Source: Dendrobates tinctorius (lineage: Eukaryota). From it: a DNA stretch of 64,000 bases. Positions within the stretch are counted from its first letter, which is position 1. Every line of letters starts with the position of its first letter. A program made the position numbers and the translations under genes. The stretch is from the NCBI RefSeq assembly GCF_039654945.1, contig NW_027361803.1, positions 12,090,001 through 12,154,000 of the forward strand. Direction: 5' to 3'. The notes beneath the pieces are model-generated. The model did no database searches, was not told the origin of the DNA, and saw nothing but the letters and a program-made list of their open reading frames with translations. Positions 51,201-63,076 of the stretch are shown here, in pieces.

Positions 51201-54200
51201 TCCCGTAGATGTCGACGCGAGACGCTCCCGACGCTTCCCGTAGATGTCGACGCGAGACGCTCCCGACGCTTCCCGTAGATGTCGACGCGAGACGCTCCCG
51301 ACGCTTCCCGTAGATGTCGACGCGAGACGCTTCCCGTAGATGTCGACGCGAGACGCTCCCGACGCTTCCCGTAGATGTCGACGCGAGACGCTCCCGACGC
51401 TTCCCGTAGATGTCGACGCGAGACGCTCCCGACGCTTCCCGTAGGTCCCGTCACTTCCCCTAGATCTCGACGCAAGCTGCAGCAAGCGACATCTGCAGTT
51501 TGGCTGTTGTACTTAATGCAAAATTTATCAGTAAAATCAGAGCTGTAAAATAGTCGCACGGGGTCAGTGGGGCGTTTGCGGAGGATCCCCTCTTGGGTCA
51601 GTGGCACGTTTGCGGGGGATCCCCTCTTGGGTCAATGGGGCGTTTGCGGAGGATCCCCTCTGGGGTCAGTGGGGCGTTTGCGGGGGATCCCCTCTGGGGT
51701 CAGTGGGGCGTTTGCGGGGGATCCCCTCTTGGGTCAGTGGGGCGTTTGCGGGGGATCCCCTCTTGGGTCAGTGGGGCGTTTGCGGGGGATCCCCTCTTGG
51801 GTCAGTGGGGTGTTTGCGGGGGATCCCCTCTTGGGTCAGTGGGGTGGTGTGGGGGATCCCCTCTTGGGTCAGTGGGGTGTTTGCGGGGGATCCCCTCTTG
51901 GGTCAGTGGGGTGGTGTGGGGGATCCCCTCTTGGGTCAGTGGGGTGGTGTGGGGATCCCCTCTTGGGCCAGTGGGGTGGTGTGGGGGATCCCCTCTTGGG
52001 TCAGTGGGGTGGTGTGGGGGATCCCCTCTTGGGTCAGTGGGGTGGTGTGGGGGATCCCCTCTTGGGTCGCTGGAGTGGTGTGGGGGATCCCCTCTTGGGC
52101 CAGTGGGGTGGTGCGGGGGATCCCCTCTTGGGTCAGTGGGGCGTTTGCGGGGGATCCCCTCTTGGGTCGCTGGGGTGGTGTGGGGGATCCCCTCTTGGGT
52201 CGCTGGGGTGGTGCGGGGGATCCCCTCTTGGGCCAGTGGGGTGGTGCGGGGGATCCCCTCTTGGGCCAGTGGGGTGGTGCGGGGGATCCCCTCTTGGGTC
52301 GCTGGGTTGGTGCGGGGGATCCCCTCTTGGGTCGCTGGGTTGGTGCGGGGGATCCCCTCTTGGGTCAGTGGGGTGGTGTGGGGGACCCCCTCTGGGGTCG
52401 GTGGGCCTTGTCACCATGTTGCTCAAGATTAAAAGTGAAGTTTTGTATCGCTTTCGTGTTGTGATTCCGGAGAGTTTGATGTTGTAAAACGACGCTGTAA
52501 CACGATTGTCTGTACGGACGCTGTAGGGCCTCCCTCCCTGGCTCAATCTTACGGTGGGACGTTAATTTGACCCCCAGTATTTTCTCTAATCTTCTCATTT
52601 CCTTGTTGACTTTTGTTTCCTTTTAAAGAGGATTTTCATTGTTCTCTCCCCATTATGTGGAGATGACACCGCGGTGATGTATCAGGTCGTGCGTGGTGTG
52701 TGTGTGATGTGTGTCTATCTATGATCATTCTGAGCTCGGTCTCCGTCTCTTTACAGATAAAAATTTGGATAACCCGGAGGAAGCAGCAGAACAGTTTAAG
52801 TTGATCCAGGCGGCCTACGACGTGATCAGTGACCCCCAGGAGCGCGCCTGGTACGTGATGTGTGGGATCCGGGGTACAGGAGCCGCACACCCACATACAT
52901 GAAGACGTCCGTCCACTTCTGGCATTTATTCTAGTCTGGTAAAGTAGGAAAACTTCTATTAAAGGGGCTGTCCAGGACTCGCATATTGATGAGATCCCCT
53001 AAAGAGGTGCGGGCATCGGACCCCCTCCACCGATCACTTGTGTGCCCCTCTCCCGGGATCAGCACGGTTCCTCAGCTCCCGGTCCCTTCATTCCCTCTAT
53101 GTCTCATCTTCTTCCCCAGGTACGACAACCACAGAGATGCGCTGTTAAAAGGCGGCGTGGACGGCGACTACCAGGACGACAGCTTAGACCTGGTCCAGTA
53201 TTTCACAGTCACCTGTTACTCCGGTTATGGAGATGACGAGAAGGTAACGGCCGGGGATTTGGGGAAGATGGAAGCGACTCTTTAATGAATCCCAGGTTGC
53301 AGCTCAATGATGGAGGCGTAAAACACCCTTTCATTTTGGGTTAAAAAAAAAATCTTTTTTTGGGGGGAGAATTCTGGTTTATTAAACATTTTGCACCGTT
53401 TGTGGCTTTTTCACTTCCCTGCCCATAACTGGCCGCAGAGTTGACTGAGAATCCATCAGTGAGCTCATAAAAGCCAAACGATGCAACATTTTTAATGAAA
53501 ACTAATAGAAAAGGGTTTTTTTTTAGCCCAAAATAGAAGCATTTAAGTAAATTTTGAAAAAAAAATGCATCAAAGGGCGCTACATTACTGCTGCACATTT
53601 CCTGCAGACTGCATATAGCAATGTAGCCTTCACCCACAGTGACTCCTTTGTAATTCTGTGTATTATCAGCCTACGGCCACATGTGGCGTTTTTGCAGTGT
53701 TTTTCCTGTGTGAGATGCTGGATGTGAGACTCCATTTCTCCTTATTGTTTTACGCTCTTCTGTTTTAGGGCTTCTACGCCGTCTACAGACACATCTTTGA
53801 CCTGATAGTGAAGGAAGAAATAGAAAGTAAGATAAACGATGAAGGAGAGGAATACCCGAGGTTTGGAGACTCTCAGAGTGACTATGACACGGTACGTTAC
53901 ACTGCGGTCCATCTGCCTCCCATGATGTGGCCCTCTGTCGGGGCCTCTTGAGGGGGAAGGTGGCGACCCGTCGGGGGCCTCTTGAGGGGGAAGGTGGCGC
54001 CCCGTCGGGGGCCTCTTGGGGGGGATTGTGGCGCCCTGTCGGGGCCTCTTGGGGGGGGGGGGGATTGTGGCGCCCTGTCGGGGCCTCTTTGGGGGGGATT
54101 GTGGCGCCCTGTCGGGGCCTCTTGGGGGGGGGGATTGTGGCGCCCTGTCGGGGCCTCTTTGGGGGGGATTGTGGCGCCCTGTCGGGGCCTCTTGGGGGGG

Positions 54201-57200
54201 GGGGGGATTGTGGCGCCCTGTCGGGGCCTCTTGGGGGGGGGGGGGGGATTGTGGCGCCCTGTCGGGGCCTCTTGGGGGGGATTGTGGCGCCCTGTCGGGG
54301 CCTCTTGGGGGGGGGGGATTGTGGGACCTCATCGGGGCCTCTTGGGGGGGGGGGGGATTGTGGCACCCCGTCGGGGCCTCTTGGGGGGATTGTGGCACCC
54401 CGTCGGGGCCTCTTGGGGCACTACGACCCGTTACGTTATACGCCATACACTGTGGTCTGTCTGGCTCCCATGACTTGGAGCCAAAAGTCACCTGGTAAAG
54501 TAAACATAACCTCGACAGTTATAGACACAAATGTGAGCCCATATGTTTCCTGTCATGTAGTCTGGTAATAGATTGATTGACCTTTCCTAAAGATGGGTCA
54601 TCAATGTCATATTGGTGGGGGGCTGACAGCCGGCATCCCTGACGATCAGCTTGTACCCTCACCGATAAGCTTGTGCTATGGCCACCGTATATAAATGGTG
54701 CACTGGTATTCCTCCTCTGTACGCTGCGTCTTTCTGGCCAACATGGTCTCAGCTGATCTGTGAGGGTGCCGGCCAATATTTTTTTATTCTTTTCTGTCTG
54801 CCCTCCTGTATTGTTGGGTTATTACACTCACTACTTTCGGTTTTGCTCCTTGTCGGTGAGCGCAGGTGGTGCACCCGTTCTACGCCTACTGGCAGAGCTT
54901 CTGTACGGCGAAGAACTTTGCCTGGAAAGAAGAGTACGACACCAGGCAGGCCTCCAACCGCTGGGAGAAGAGAGCCATGGAGAAGGAGAACAAGAAGACG
55001 CGGGACAAGGCGCGACGAGAGCGCAACGAGCTAGTCCGGGAACTGGTGGCCTTCGTCAGGAAGAGGGACAAGAGAGTCCATGCCCACAGGAAACTGGTGG
55101 AAGAGCAGAACGCAGAGAAGGCCAAGAAGGTGGAAGAGATGCGAAGGCAGCAGAAGATACAGAACGCAAAGTAAGTCGGGTGAGAAGGGGGTAATGGAGG
55201 CGAGCGTCTCCTCCGCCTGCTCTTTGCGTTATACCCAGTACTTGTAGTCACCTCCGTTGTGCAGCTGAAGGTTATTGCCATCATGGCCACCACTTTATCA
55301 TTGGTGGAGTCCAAACTAAGGGAGTCCTGTAAATGAAGGGACACACAAGTCATGCTTTTCTGGTGCAATGTTTAGTCCTGTCCCACTCCTCATGGATTTA
55401 TCACACAGGTCTATTTCTGAAACTGTACTGGGACATGAGTTTACTCTAGCGGTAAAGTGTCATGTGATGGCAGGATACATATTTACAATTGTCTAATGGT
55501 ACTGCCGATCGGGCACCTGTTACATGATTGCGGGGCGTTGATGGGTTATCATGACAGCCAGAAGACCCCCGTGCCTGTCATCATGAATCTTCTATGAGTG
55601 CCGACTCGTGGCTGGTCTTCTTAGGAGATCTTGATTTCGGTTACACATATCAGGGCTGAAGCATCACTATATGCAGCCCAAGTGGTCAGATGATCGCAGC
55701 TTCAAGGTCCTATACAGTTATGAGGATGGAAAATTAAAAAAGTTTTGGCTCTGGGAAAAAGCGGAGTGTAAAAACTAGAGCGCAAAAATGGAAAATCGCA
55801 AAGTGGTGAAGGGGTTAAGCGTTGGGTTTCAGGCATTAATATGAGCGCTCGGTATTACAGGCTGGCCGGACAGTACAAGGAGCAGAGCTGGGTGGCCACG
55901 TCCGAGCTGGAGAAGGCGCTGCAGCAGATGGAGGCTCAGTATGACAAGGAGTTCGGTGACGGCTCAGAGGATGACGAGGAGGAGATGGAAGAACAGCAGA
56001 ACGGTAAGAATCACTGCGGGACAGCTAAAGGGTCCCTCAAAAGACATAAGGGGGAGATTAATCCAGACCAGCGGCCCTCCGGAGAAGGCAGGAGTATTTG
56101 GAGAGTGCACCCGCATTGGGACCTTTACCGACCAAGAGCCCCCATTTATTCCATTCTGTTCCCTCCTGCAGGTCGGGGCAGCGATGAGGACGATAAAGAA
56201 GAGTTACTGTACGACGATCTGTACTGTCCGGCGTGTGACAAAGTGTGCCAGTCCGAAAAAGCGTGAGTATATCCCCAACGCGCGCCCTCACTGTTAGTCA
56301 CAAAGGGGTGAATCCTTTCTCCTTGCCGCCCTCCTCCATGAAATACAATATGACAATTAGTTTACCATTTTAATAAATTCTCCAGAACTTTCTATCGGGC
56401 TGTGAATGGTGACCGCAGTAGCACCTGTGGCACAGCCCAATAGTCGTGCACCGCAGACCTGGCGCCATATCTAGGCCCCTCGCTCCTATGGTTTCTTGTT
56501 GGCCCCCCTGACCGTGTGTGATGCTAATGGAGTTGCCAAGGCAGACCTCTTGTAATTTACAGCCGACGGCTGCCGATGATGGCTCAGACACAACTGACTT
56601 TAGTACGAATCCTGCAAATCTTTTCCCTGTTTTAGGAGAAAAGGATTTATATAAAATATTGGGGGTGAGAAATGTTATATATAGCAGCCGTAGAATATCA
56701 ATAGGTTAATGGCTCCCCTGTGTACTCGTGCTTTTCCCCTGTATTTTTCGCTTCAGTGTGTGTGGTCATGCTTTGCCCCCATGTGTGGCGCCCCCGTGTG
56801 TGGTCGTGCTTTGCCACTGTGTGTGGTGCCCCGTGTGTGGCCGTGCTTTGCCCCCGTGTGGCGCGCCCCTGTGTGTGGTCGTGCTTTGCCCCCGTGTGTG
56901 GCGCCCCTGTGTGTGGTCGTGCTTTCCCCCCGTGTGTGGCGCCCCTGTGTGTGGTTGTGCTTTGCCACTGTGTGTGGTCGTGCTTTCCCCCCATGTGTGG
57001 CGCCCCTGTGTGTGGCGCCCCTGTGTGTGGTTGTGCTTTCCCCCCGTGTGTGGCGCCCCTGTGTGTGGTCGTGCTTTCCCCCCCATGTGTGGCGCCCCTG
57101 TGTGTGGTCGTGCTTTGCCACTGTGTGTGGCGCCCCTGTGTGTGGTCGTGCTTTCCCCCCGTGTGTGGCGCCCCTGTGTGTGGTCGTGCTTTCCCCCCAT

Positions 57201-60200
57201 GTGTGGCGCCCTGTGTGTGGTCGTGCTTTGCCACTGTGTGTGGCGCCCCTGTGTGTGGTCGTGCTTTCCCCCCATGTGTGGCGCCCCTGTGTGTGGTCGT
57301 GCTTTGCCACTGTGTGTGGCGCCCCTGTGTGTGGTCGTGCTTTGCCACTGTGTGTGGCGCCCTTGTGTGTGGTCGTGCTTTGCCACTGTGTGTGGCGCCC
57401 CTGTGTGTGGCGCCCCTGTGTGTGGTCGAGCTTTGACCCTCTTTGGTTTTCCTGTTTTTCAATCCATTAATTTTTTTGCTTTCAATGAACCAGGATGAGA
57501 AATCATGAGAAGTCTAAGAAGCACAGGGAGATGGTCGCCCTCCTCCGGCAGCAGCTAGAGGCAGAGGAGGAAGAGTTCAGCACGTCCGTAGGAGAGGAGG
57601 GCAGTGTGGTGGACGGGGAAGACACAATTCTCTCTGAAGAAGAGGAGGAGAAAGCAGAGGAAACCCCCAAACCCAAGTAACTACACACATTGCACATGGT
57701 GGTGGAGGCAGCTGACTTTTATGCTGGAAATGGGTCCTTAAGTCTGTGCCCTGGTAATATCAGAGCATCACTTATACATCACATGGATGACGATCGTTTG
57801 ATCGGCGGTGATCTCATAGTAGGACCCCTCACAGTCCTCGTAGTTATCGCGTATCCAGATTGGGGTCCCACATCCTTTATTCTGATAGCGTTGAGGTCAC
57901 ACGTTGTCACTGCCGCTCCATTCACAGTCAGTGGGGCTGAGGAGTAATGTCACGTACACCGCTCTACCACCGCTCCTTATCAGTAATCCATGGGGGCGTC
58001 CTGGTCACACCCTGACTGCTCTTGTAGTTCTCACCTAGTCAGTAACTGTAGATCACCAGAACGCACCTTTTTTGGGGCTAAAACAAACCCCACATTTTTT
58101 GCAGTTGGTTTCCATTAGAAATGTTGCACTATTTCAGTACAGTCTACAGGAGGCAAAAGGTGCAACATTTGTAATGAATCCCAACTAGAAAAAATGTTTC
58201 CTTGTTTTTTTTTTTTTTTAGCCCAAAACAGATGCGTTTACGAAAAGAGAAATCGCCTGAAGAGTGAACTGTAGCAGAATAATACATGTGTCATCCGCTC
58301 CTCTGGTGATTGTCAGCAGCGGCTGCTGGCGATGTCTCCCCTGTGCTCGCCTGGTGGTCAGCAGTCGCTTTCTTACAGCCGTAATCACTGCAATTTGTCC
58401 AGCTCTGGAGGCCGCGATGCTGCACCGATCGGATGCTTTCATTTCTGGGTATCACTATATTAATATTTGCCTTTCTCTCTATAGGCTTAGTAAAAAGGAA
58501 AAGAAGAAGCAAAAATCATCCAAGGTATTTATCGTCCTTCCGGAATAGAGCAATGTTTTATGTAATCCCCCGATCACATGTGAAAGTGATGAGAGTAGTA
58601 TTTCTTACAAGGAACTTGTCAGCGGATTCTTGCTGTCTAAACCGTGGACATGATCAATCAGATCCCAGCAGCCTCGATCAGATCCTGACATCATTAATCA
58701 GATCCTGGCAGCTTCATCACAGCCAAGCACATTTTTCTCTGAAATGCGTCGTAGTTACAGAAAAAAGAAAAGTTGACGATCCGGTCATGGACCACAGCTG
58801 GAGACGAGACAAGTCCAATACTGCCCCGACCGGTGTCTCTCCACATAATCTATGTTACGTTTCCTTTTTGATGTATAAACAGAGTAGGGACCCAGCAATC
58901 GCCTGAAGCAGCGCTGAGAGTAGTCGGCCTGATTAGTCTTGTCTCTGGCTGTAGTCCCCGATCAGATCTTCAACTTTTCTCTGAAGCATGAAAGTTTTTC
59001 AAAGCCAATCATAGATGTCCACAATAGATGTCCACAGCCGTGCAGCCGGGACCCCTGACTCATGCTGCCCACGGTGTGAATCACCTGACCGGCTCCTTCT
59101 AACTTTTCTCCAGTTTTTGGCCTGACTGACGGAGAATTTGACCCCGGACCTCTCCTCTTGTATAATTACTGGTGATTTGCATTTTCTCACACGTCTCGCT
59201 CTCCTATGAGTGACAAACTGTGATTGCAGCCATTATGTTATCATGTAGAGATGGTCAACACCCCCACGGCAAATCTGCATCGCTCGCCTCCGTGTAACCC
59301 TGCCTGGCTTGCCTCCGTGTAACCCTGCCTGGCTTGCCTCCGTGTAACCCTGCCTGGCTTGCCTCCGTGTAACCCTGCCTCGCTCGCCTCCGTGTAACCC
59401 TGCCTCACTCGTCGTAGTCTGAGGCATGGGGGCGTGTGTCGTCGTAGTCTGGCCGCCGGGGGCATGTGTCGTCATAGTCTGAGCGCCGGGGGCGTGTGTC
59501 GTCGTAGTCTGAGCGCCGGGGGCGTGTGTCGTCGTAGTCTGAGGCATGGGGGCGAGTGTCGTTGTAGTCTGAGCGCTGGGGGCGCGTGTCGTCGTAGTCT
59601 GAGGCATGGGGGCGTGTGTCGTCGTAGTTTGGCCGCCGGGGGCGTGTGTCGTCGTAGTCTGAACGCCGGGGGCGCGTGTCGTCGTAGTCTGAGCGCCGGG
59701 GGCGCGTGTCGTCGTAGTCTGAGGCATGGGGGCGAGTCGTCGTAGTCTGAGCGCCGGGGGCGCGTGTCGTCGTAGTCTGAGGCATGGGGGCGCGTGTCGT
59801 CGTAGTCTGGGCGCCGGGGGCGCGTGTCGTCGTAGTCTGAGGCATGGGGGCGCGTGTCGTCGTAGTCTGGGCGCCGGGGGCGCGTGTCGTCGTAGTCTGA
59901 GGCATGGGGGCGTGTGTCGTTGTAGTCTGGCCGCCGGGGGCGTGTGTCGTCGTAGTCTGAGGCATGGGGGCGTGTGTCGTCGTAGTCTGGCCGCCGGGGG
60001 CGCGTGTCTTCGTAGTCTGAGCGCCGGGGGCGCGTGTCGTCGTAGTCTGAGGCATGGGGGCGTGTGTCGTCGTAGTCTGGGCGCCGGGGGCGCGTGCCGT
60101 CGTAGTCTGAGCGCCGGGGGCGCGTGCCGTCGTAGTCTGAGCGCCGGGGGCGTGTGTCGTCGTAGTCTGAGCGCCGGGGGCGCGTGTCGTCGTAGTCTGA

Positions 60201-63008
60201 GGCATGGGGGCGAGTGTCGTCGTAGTCTGAGCGCCGGGGGCGCGTGTCGTCGTAGTCTGAGGCATGGGGGCGAGTGTCGTCGTAGTCTGAGCGCCGGGGG
60301 CGCGTGTCGTCGTAGTCTGAGGCATGGGGGCGTGTGTCGTCGTAGTCTGGGCGCCGGGGGCGCGTGCCGTCGTAGTCTGAGCGCCGGGAGCGTATGTCGT
60401 CGTAGTCTGAGCGCCGGGGGCGCGTGTCGTCGTAGTCTGAGGCATGGGGGCGAGTGTCGTCGTAGTCTGAGCGCCGGGGGCGAGTGTCGTCGTAGTCTGA
60501 GCGCCGGGGGCGCGTGTCGTCGTAGTCTGAGGCATGGGGGCGCGTGTCGTCGTAGTCTGAGGCATGGGGGCGCGTGTCGTCGTAGTCTGGGCGCCGGGGG
60601 CGCGTGTCGTCGTAGTCTGGGCGCCGGGGGCGCGTGTCGTCGTAGTCTGAGGCATGGGGGCGTGTGTCGTCGTAGTCTGGCCGCCGGGGGCGCGTGTCTT
60701 CGTAGTCTGAGCGCCGGGGGCGCGTGTCGTCGTAGTCTGAGGCATGGAAGCGAGTGTCGTCGTAGTCTGAGCGCTGGGGGCGCGTGTCGTCGTAGTCTGA
60801 GGCATGGAAACGAGTGTCGTCGTAGTCTGAGCGCCGGGGGCGCGTGTCGTCGTAGTCTGAGGCATGGGGGCGTGTGTCGTCGTAGTCTGGGCGCCGGGGG
60901 CGCGTGCCGTCATAGTCTGAGTGCATTCACGCTCCCACCAGTCGCACTCATATGGACATCACAGACAGCCCACACAGACCTAATGCTTGGGTGCGTCTTG
61001 CAATTGGGTCCAGTCTTGACTCTATCTAGGAACACTCATTATTCAGCTGTCTGAACAGGGTGCCAAATCGTCGTCCTCGGCAGCACATCATCACGTGTCA
61101 ATGGGACGTGCTGCCAAGAACAATGACAGCATACACGCACAGAACGATCATATTAGCGATCGTTCTGTGAGCTTAGAAATTGAAGTCAGCCGGTCTAAGC
61201 TGGCTATTGATGACTGCCGGCAGATGTGGCTGACAGTCATATAGTGGCCACGATCCACCAATGGTAAATGCAGCCTAATGTTCTGTGCACACGTTAAGTA
61301 TCTGCAGTAATTTCTGTACCATTTCTTGGCAGAAAAAACCGCTGAGTGAAATTGGCTCATCTTTACCTTGTTTTTGATGCATTTTTGGTGCAGATTTTTC
61401 CCCACTCATTATTATGGGTGAAATCTACAGCACAATCGCTGGAAGAATTGACATCTTGCAGAAATAAATCTGTAAGGAAAAAATAAGCACGGTGTGCAGG
61501 AGACCTCAGGATTCTCATTCACTCTGCTGGCATCAGGAAACCCTTCAGGTTTTGTGGTAGAAAAAAAAGTCCACAACAAATTTGGAATGTGTGCACAAGC
61601 CCTAGAAATAAGCCTCCTGGACTCCCGACTGACACGCTGTAACAGACTATCAGGACTGAGCAGTGAGCTGTGCTGCTGACGTTCTCCGCTCCGAGGATTG
61701 TCCGGACTACGTACAACTGTAACAAATCCTCAGCTGTGAAAAATACAAAACACAGGGTATTGAAACACTGAAGAAAAAGCCGGATATCCCATTTAATTAG
61801 TTGTAATGTTTGTTTTTTTTGCTAGCAGCCATCGGATGACAGTGTTACAGTGGAGGGTGTTAAAGAAGCGACTCCAGCAACTGAAGCCAAAATGGACGAA
61901 GCAGAGCTGAACGGCGCGACAGAGCAGCAAGAACACCCCGTACCAGACACTGACAGTGCAGGAGCAATCGACACACCAGCTGATGAGGGGAAACCGTAAG
62001 TCTCCCCTCCCTCTTTGTGTAGCTGGATGATGAAAGTGGGTTGTTATCTGCTGAGACTCCGCAATAACCTGTGATTTGTGCAAGATCCCAGCAGTAAGTG
62101 TTTAACTGCATGTGGGCTATCCATCCGGTACTCTGCACTGACATTCTAAGGCCGGTCCACACGTTACTCTGCACTGACATTCTAAGGCCGCTCCACACAT
62201 TACCCTGCACTGACATTCTAAGGCTGGTCCACACATTACTCTGCAGTGACAATGTAAGGCTGCTCCACACATTACTCTGCACTGACATTATAAAACATTA
62301 GTACAGTGTAAACAGCTTGCACGAGATCTTACAGCCACAGAAGATAAATATATATGGTTTATTATCACCTTTACCACATACAAGATGGGACCAGCACTTG
62401 TGTATGTACTGTAGATTGGGAGGCAATGACAATGCCTTATCCACAGGACTATTCGGTCATGTAATCACCGGGTGTAAGGAGGGAGCATGTAACTGGGGCT
62501 AATATACCAGGATTAGTTACAGGGGAAATCTGCAATATGAAAAATGTATTAATATGTGGAAATTACCCCAAAGGTCTTTTAAGACCTTATAGGGGACACA
62601 GTGTGTAAAATATATATATATACAACTATATCACCTGGTCAGGAATAGGGGGGAAAAGTGGCTCGGTCGTGAAGTGGTTAATTTCCCTGCAGCGCTCCCA
62701 TAGGATAAATGAAGTATTACACAATCTCATTTATATCGGTGGGTTGTGCGTGTAATACAGGACTGAGTGGGGGAGGCTTGCTGCTCTGGATATTGTACCC
62801 ATGTCAATAATTGGGTATATGAACATCGTCTTCGAAACCAGAGACCCCCATTAGTCCGGTCGGCATTGCCAGCATCTTTTAGTTGCTCCTGTACAATATA
62901 TATATATTTTTTTTTATTTCTTATAGAACAACAAAACTGAAGGGAAAGAAGGCAAAAGACTTTAAAAAAGCCGCCAAGGTGGCCGCCGCACAGGAAATCC
63001 CAGAGCAG
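48251..63008 (+). CDS. DNAJC21: DnaJ homolog subfamily C member 21 (partial; final exon(s) lie beyond the window)
   Basis: Exons 48251-48347, 52757-52850, 53120-53243, 53769-53891, 54866-55170, 55861-56003, 56172-56262, 57494-57676, 58485-58524, 61826(or 61829)-61995, 62927-63008, with consistent phases. J-domain [10 protein letters not shown]...[20 protein letters not shown]2H2 finger CPACDK...HEKSKKH. Confidence 0.96.
48712..51470. repeat. 2.75-kb, 35-bp CpG-dense minisatellite in DNAJC21 intron 1
   Basis: Unit ACGCGAG(T/A)CGCTCCCGACGCTTCCCGTAGATGTCG, 7 CpG per unit. Confidence 0.97.
51560..52400. repeat. 34-bp G-rich minisatellite in DNAJC21 intron 1
   Basis: Unit GGGTCAGTGGGG(CGTTTGC/TGGTGT)GGGGGATCCCCTCTT. 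Confidence 0.95.
53930..54420. repeat. Poly-G-containing ~33-40-bp minisatellite in DNAJC21 intron 4
   Basis: Unit ATTGTGGCGCCCTGTCGGGGCCTCTT(G)n with a variable G-run. Confidence 0.93.
56757..57430. repeat. ~40-bp TG-rich minisatellite in DNAJC21 intron 7
   Basis: TGTGTGGCGCCCCTGTGTGTGGTCGTGCTTT(GCCAC/CCCCC) repeats. Confidence 0.93.
59282..59405. repeat. 25-bp tandem repeat, about 5 copies
   Basis: GCCTCCGTGTAACCCTGCCTGGCTT. Confidence 0.9.
59410..60925. repeat. 30-bp CpG-rich minisatellite (two alternating variants) in DNAJC21 intron 9
   Basis: CGCGTGTCGTCGTAGTCTGA(GGCAT/GCGCC)GGGGG, about 50 copies. Confidence 0.97.
62125..62292. repeat. 36-bp tandem repeat, about 4.5 copies
   Basis: CCACACATTACTCTGCACTGACATTCTAAGGC-like units. 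Confidence 0.8.
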
Positions 63009-63076
63009 GTAACTGGGGGTCTTATGGATGAACTGCGGCACTGGAGCCGTGTAATAAGCTCGTATATGGCAGATAT

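Noticed and set aside
48712-51470. CRISPR-like appearance of 35-bp repeats
   Set aside because: The units are contiguous with no unique spacers, there are no cas genes, and the context is eukaryotic.
48446-52546. ORFs up to 1053 aa in DNAJC21 intron 1
   Set aside because: Tandem-repeat artefacts: the units are not multiples of 3 and several frames are open.
53671-57498. Pro/Gly/Cys/His-rich ORFs in DNAJC21 introns 4 and 7
   Set aside because: Minisatellite translations with no splice or homology support.
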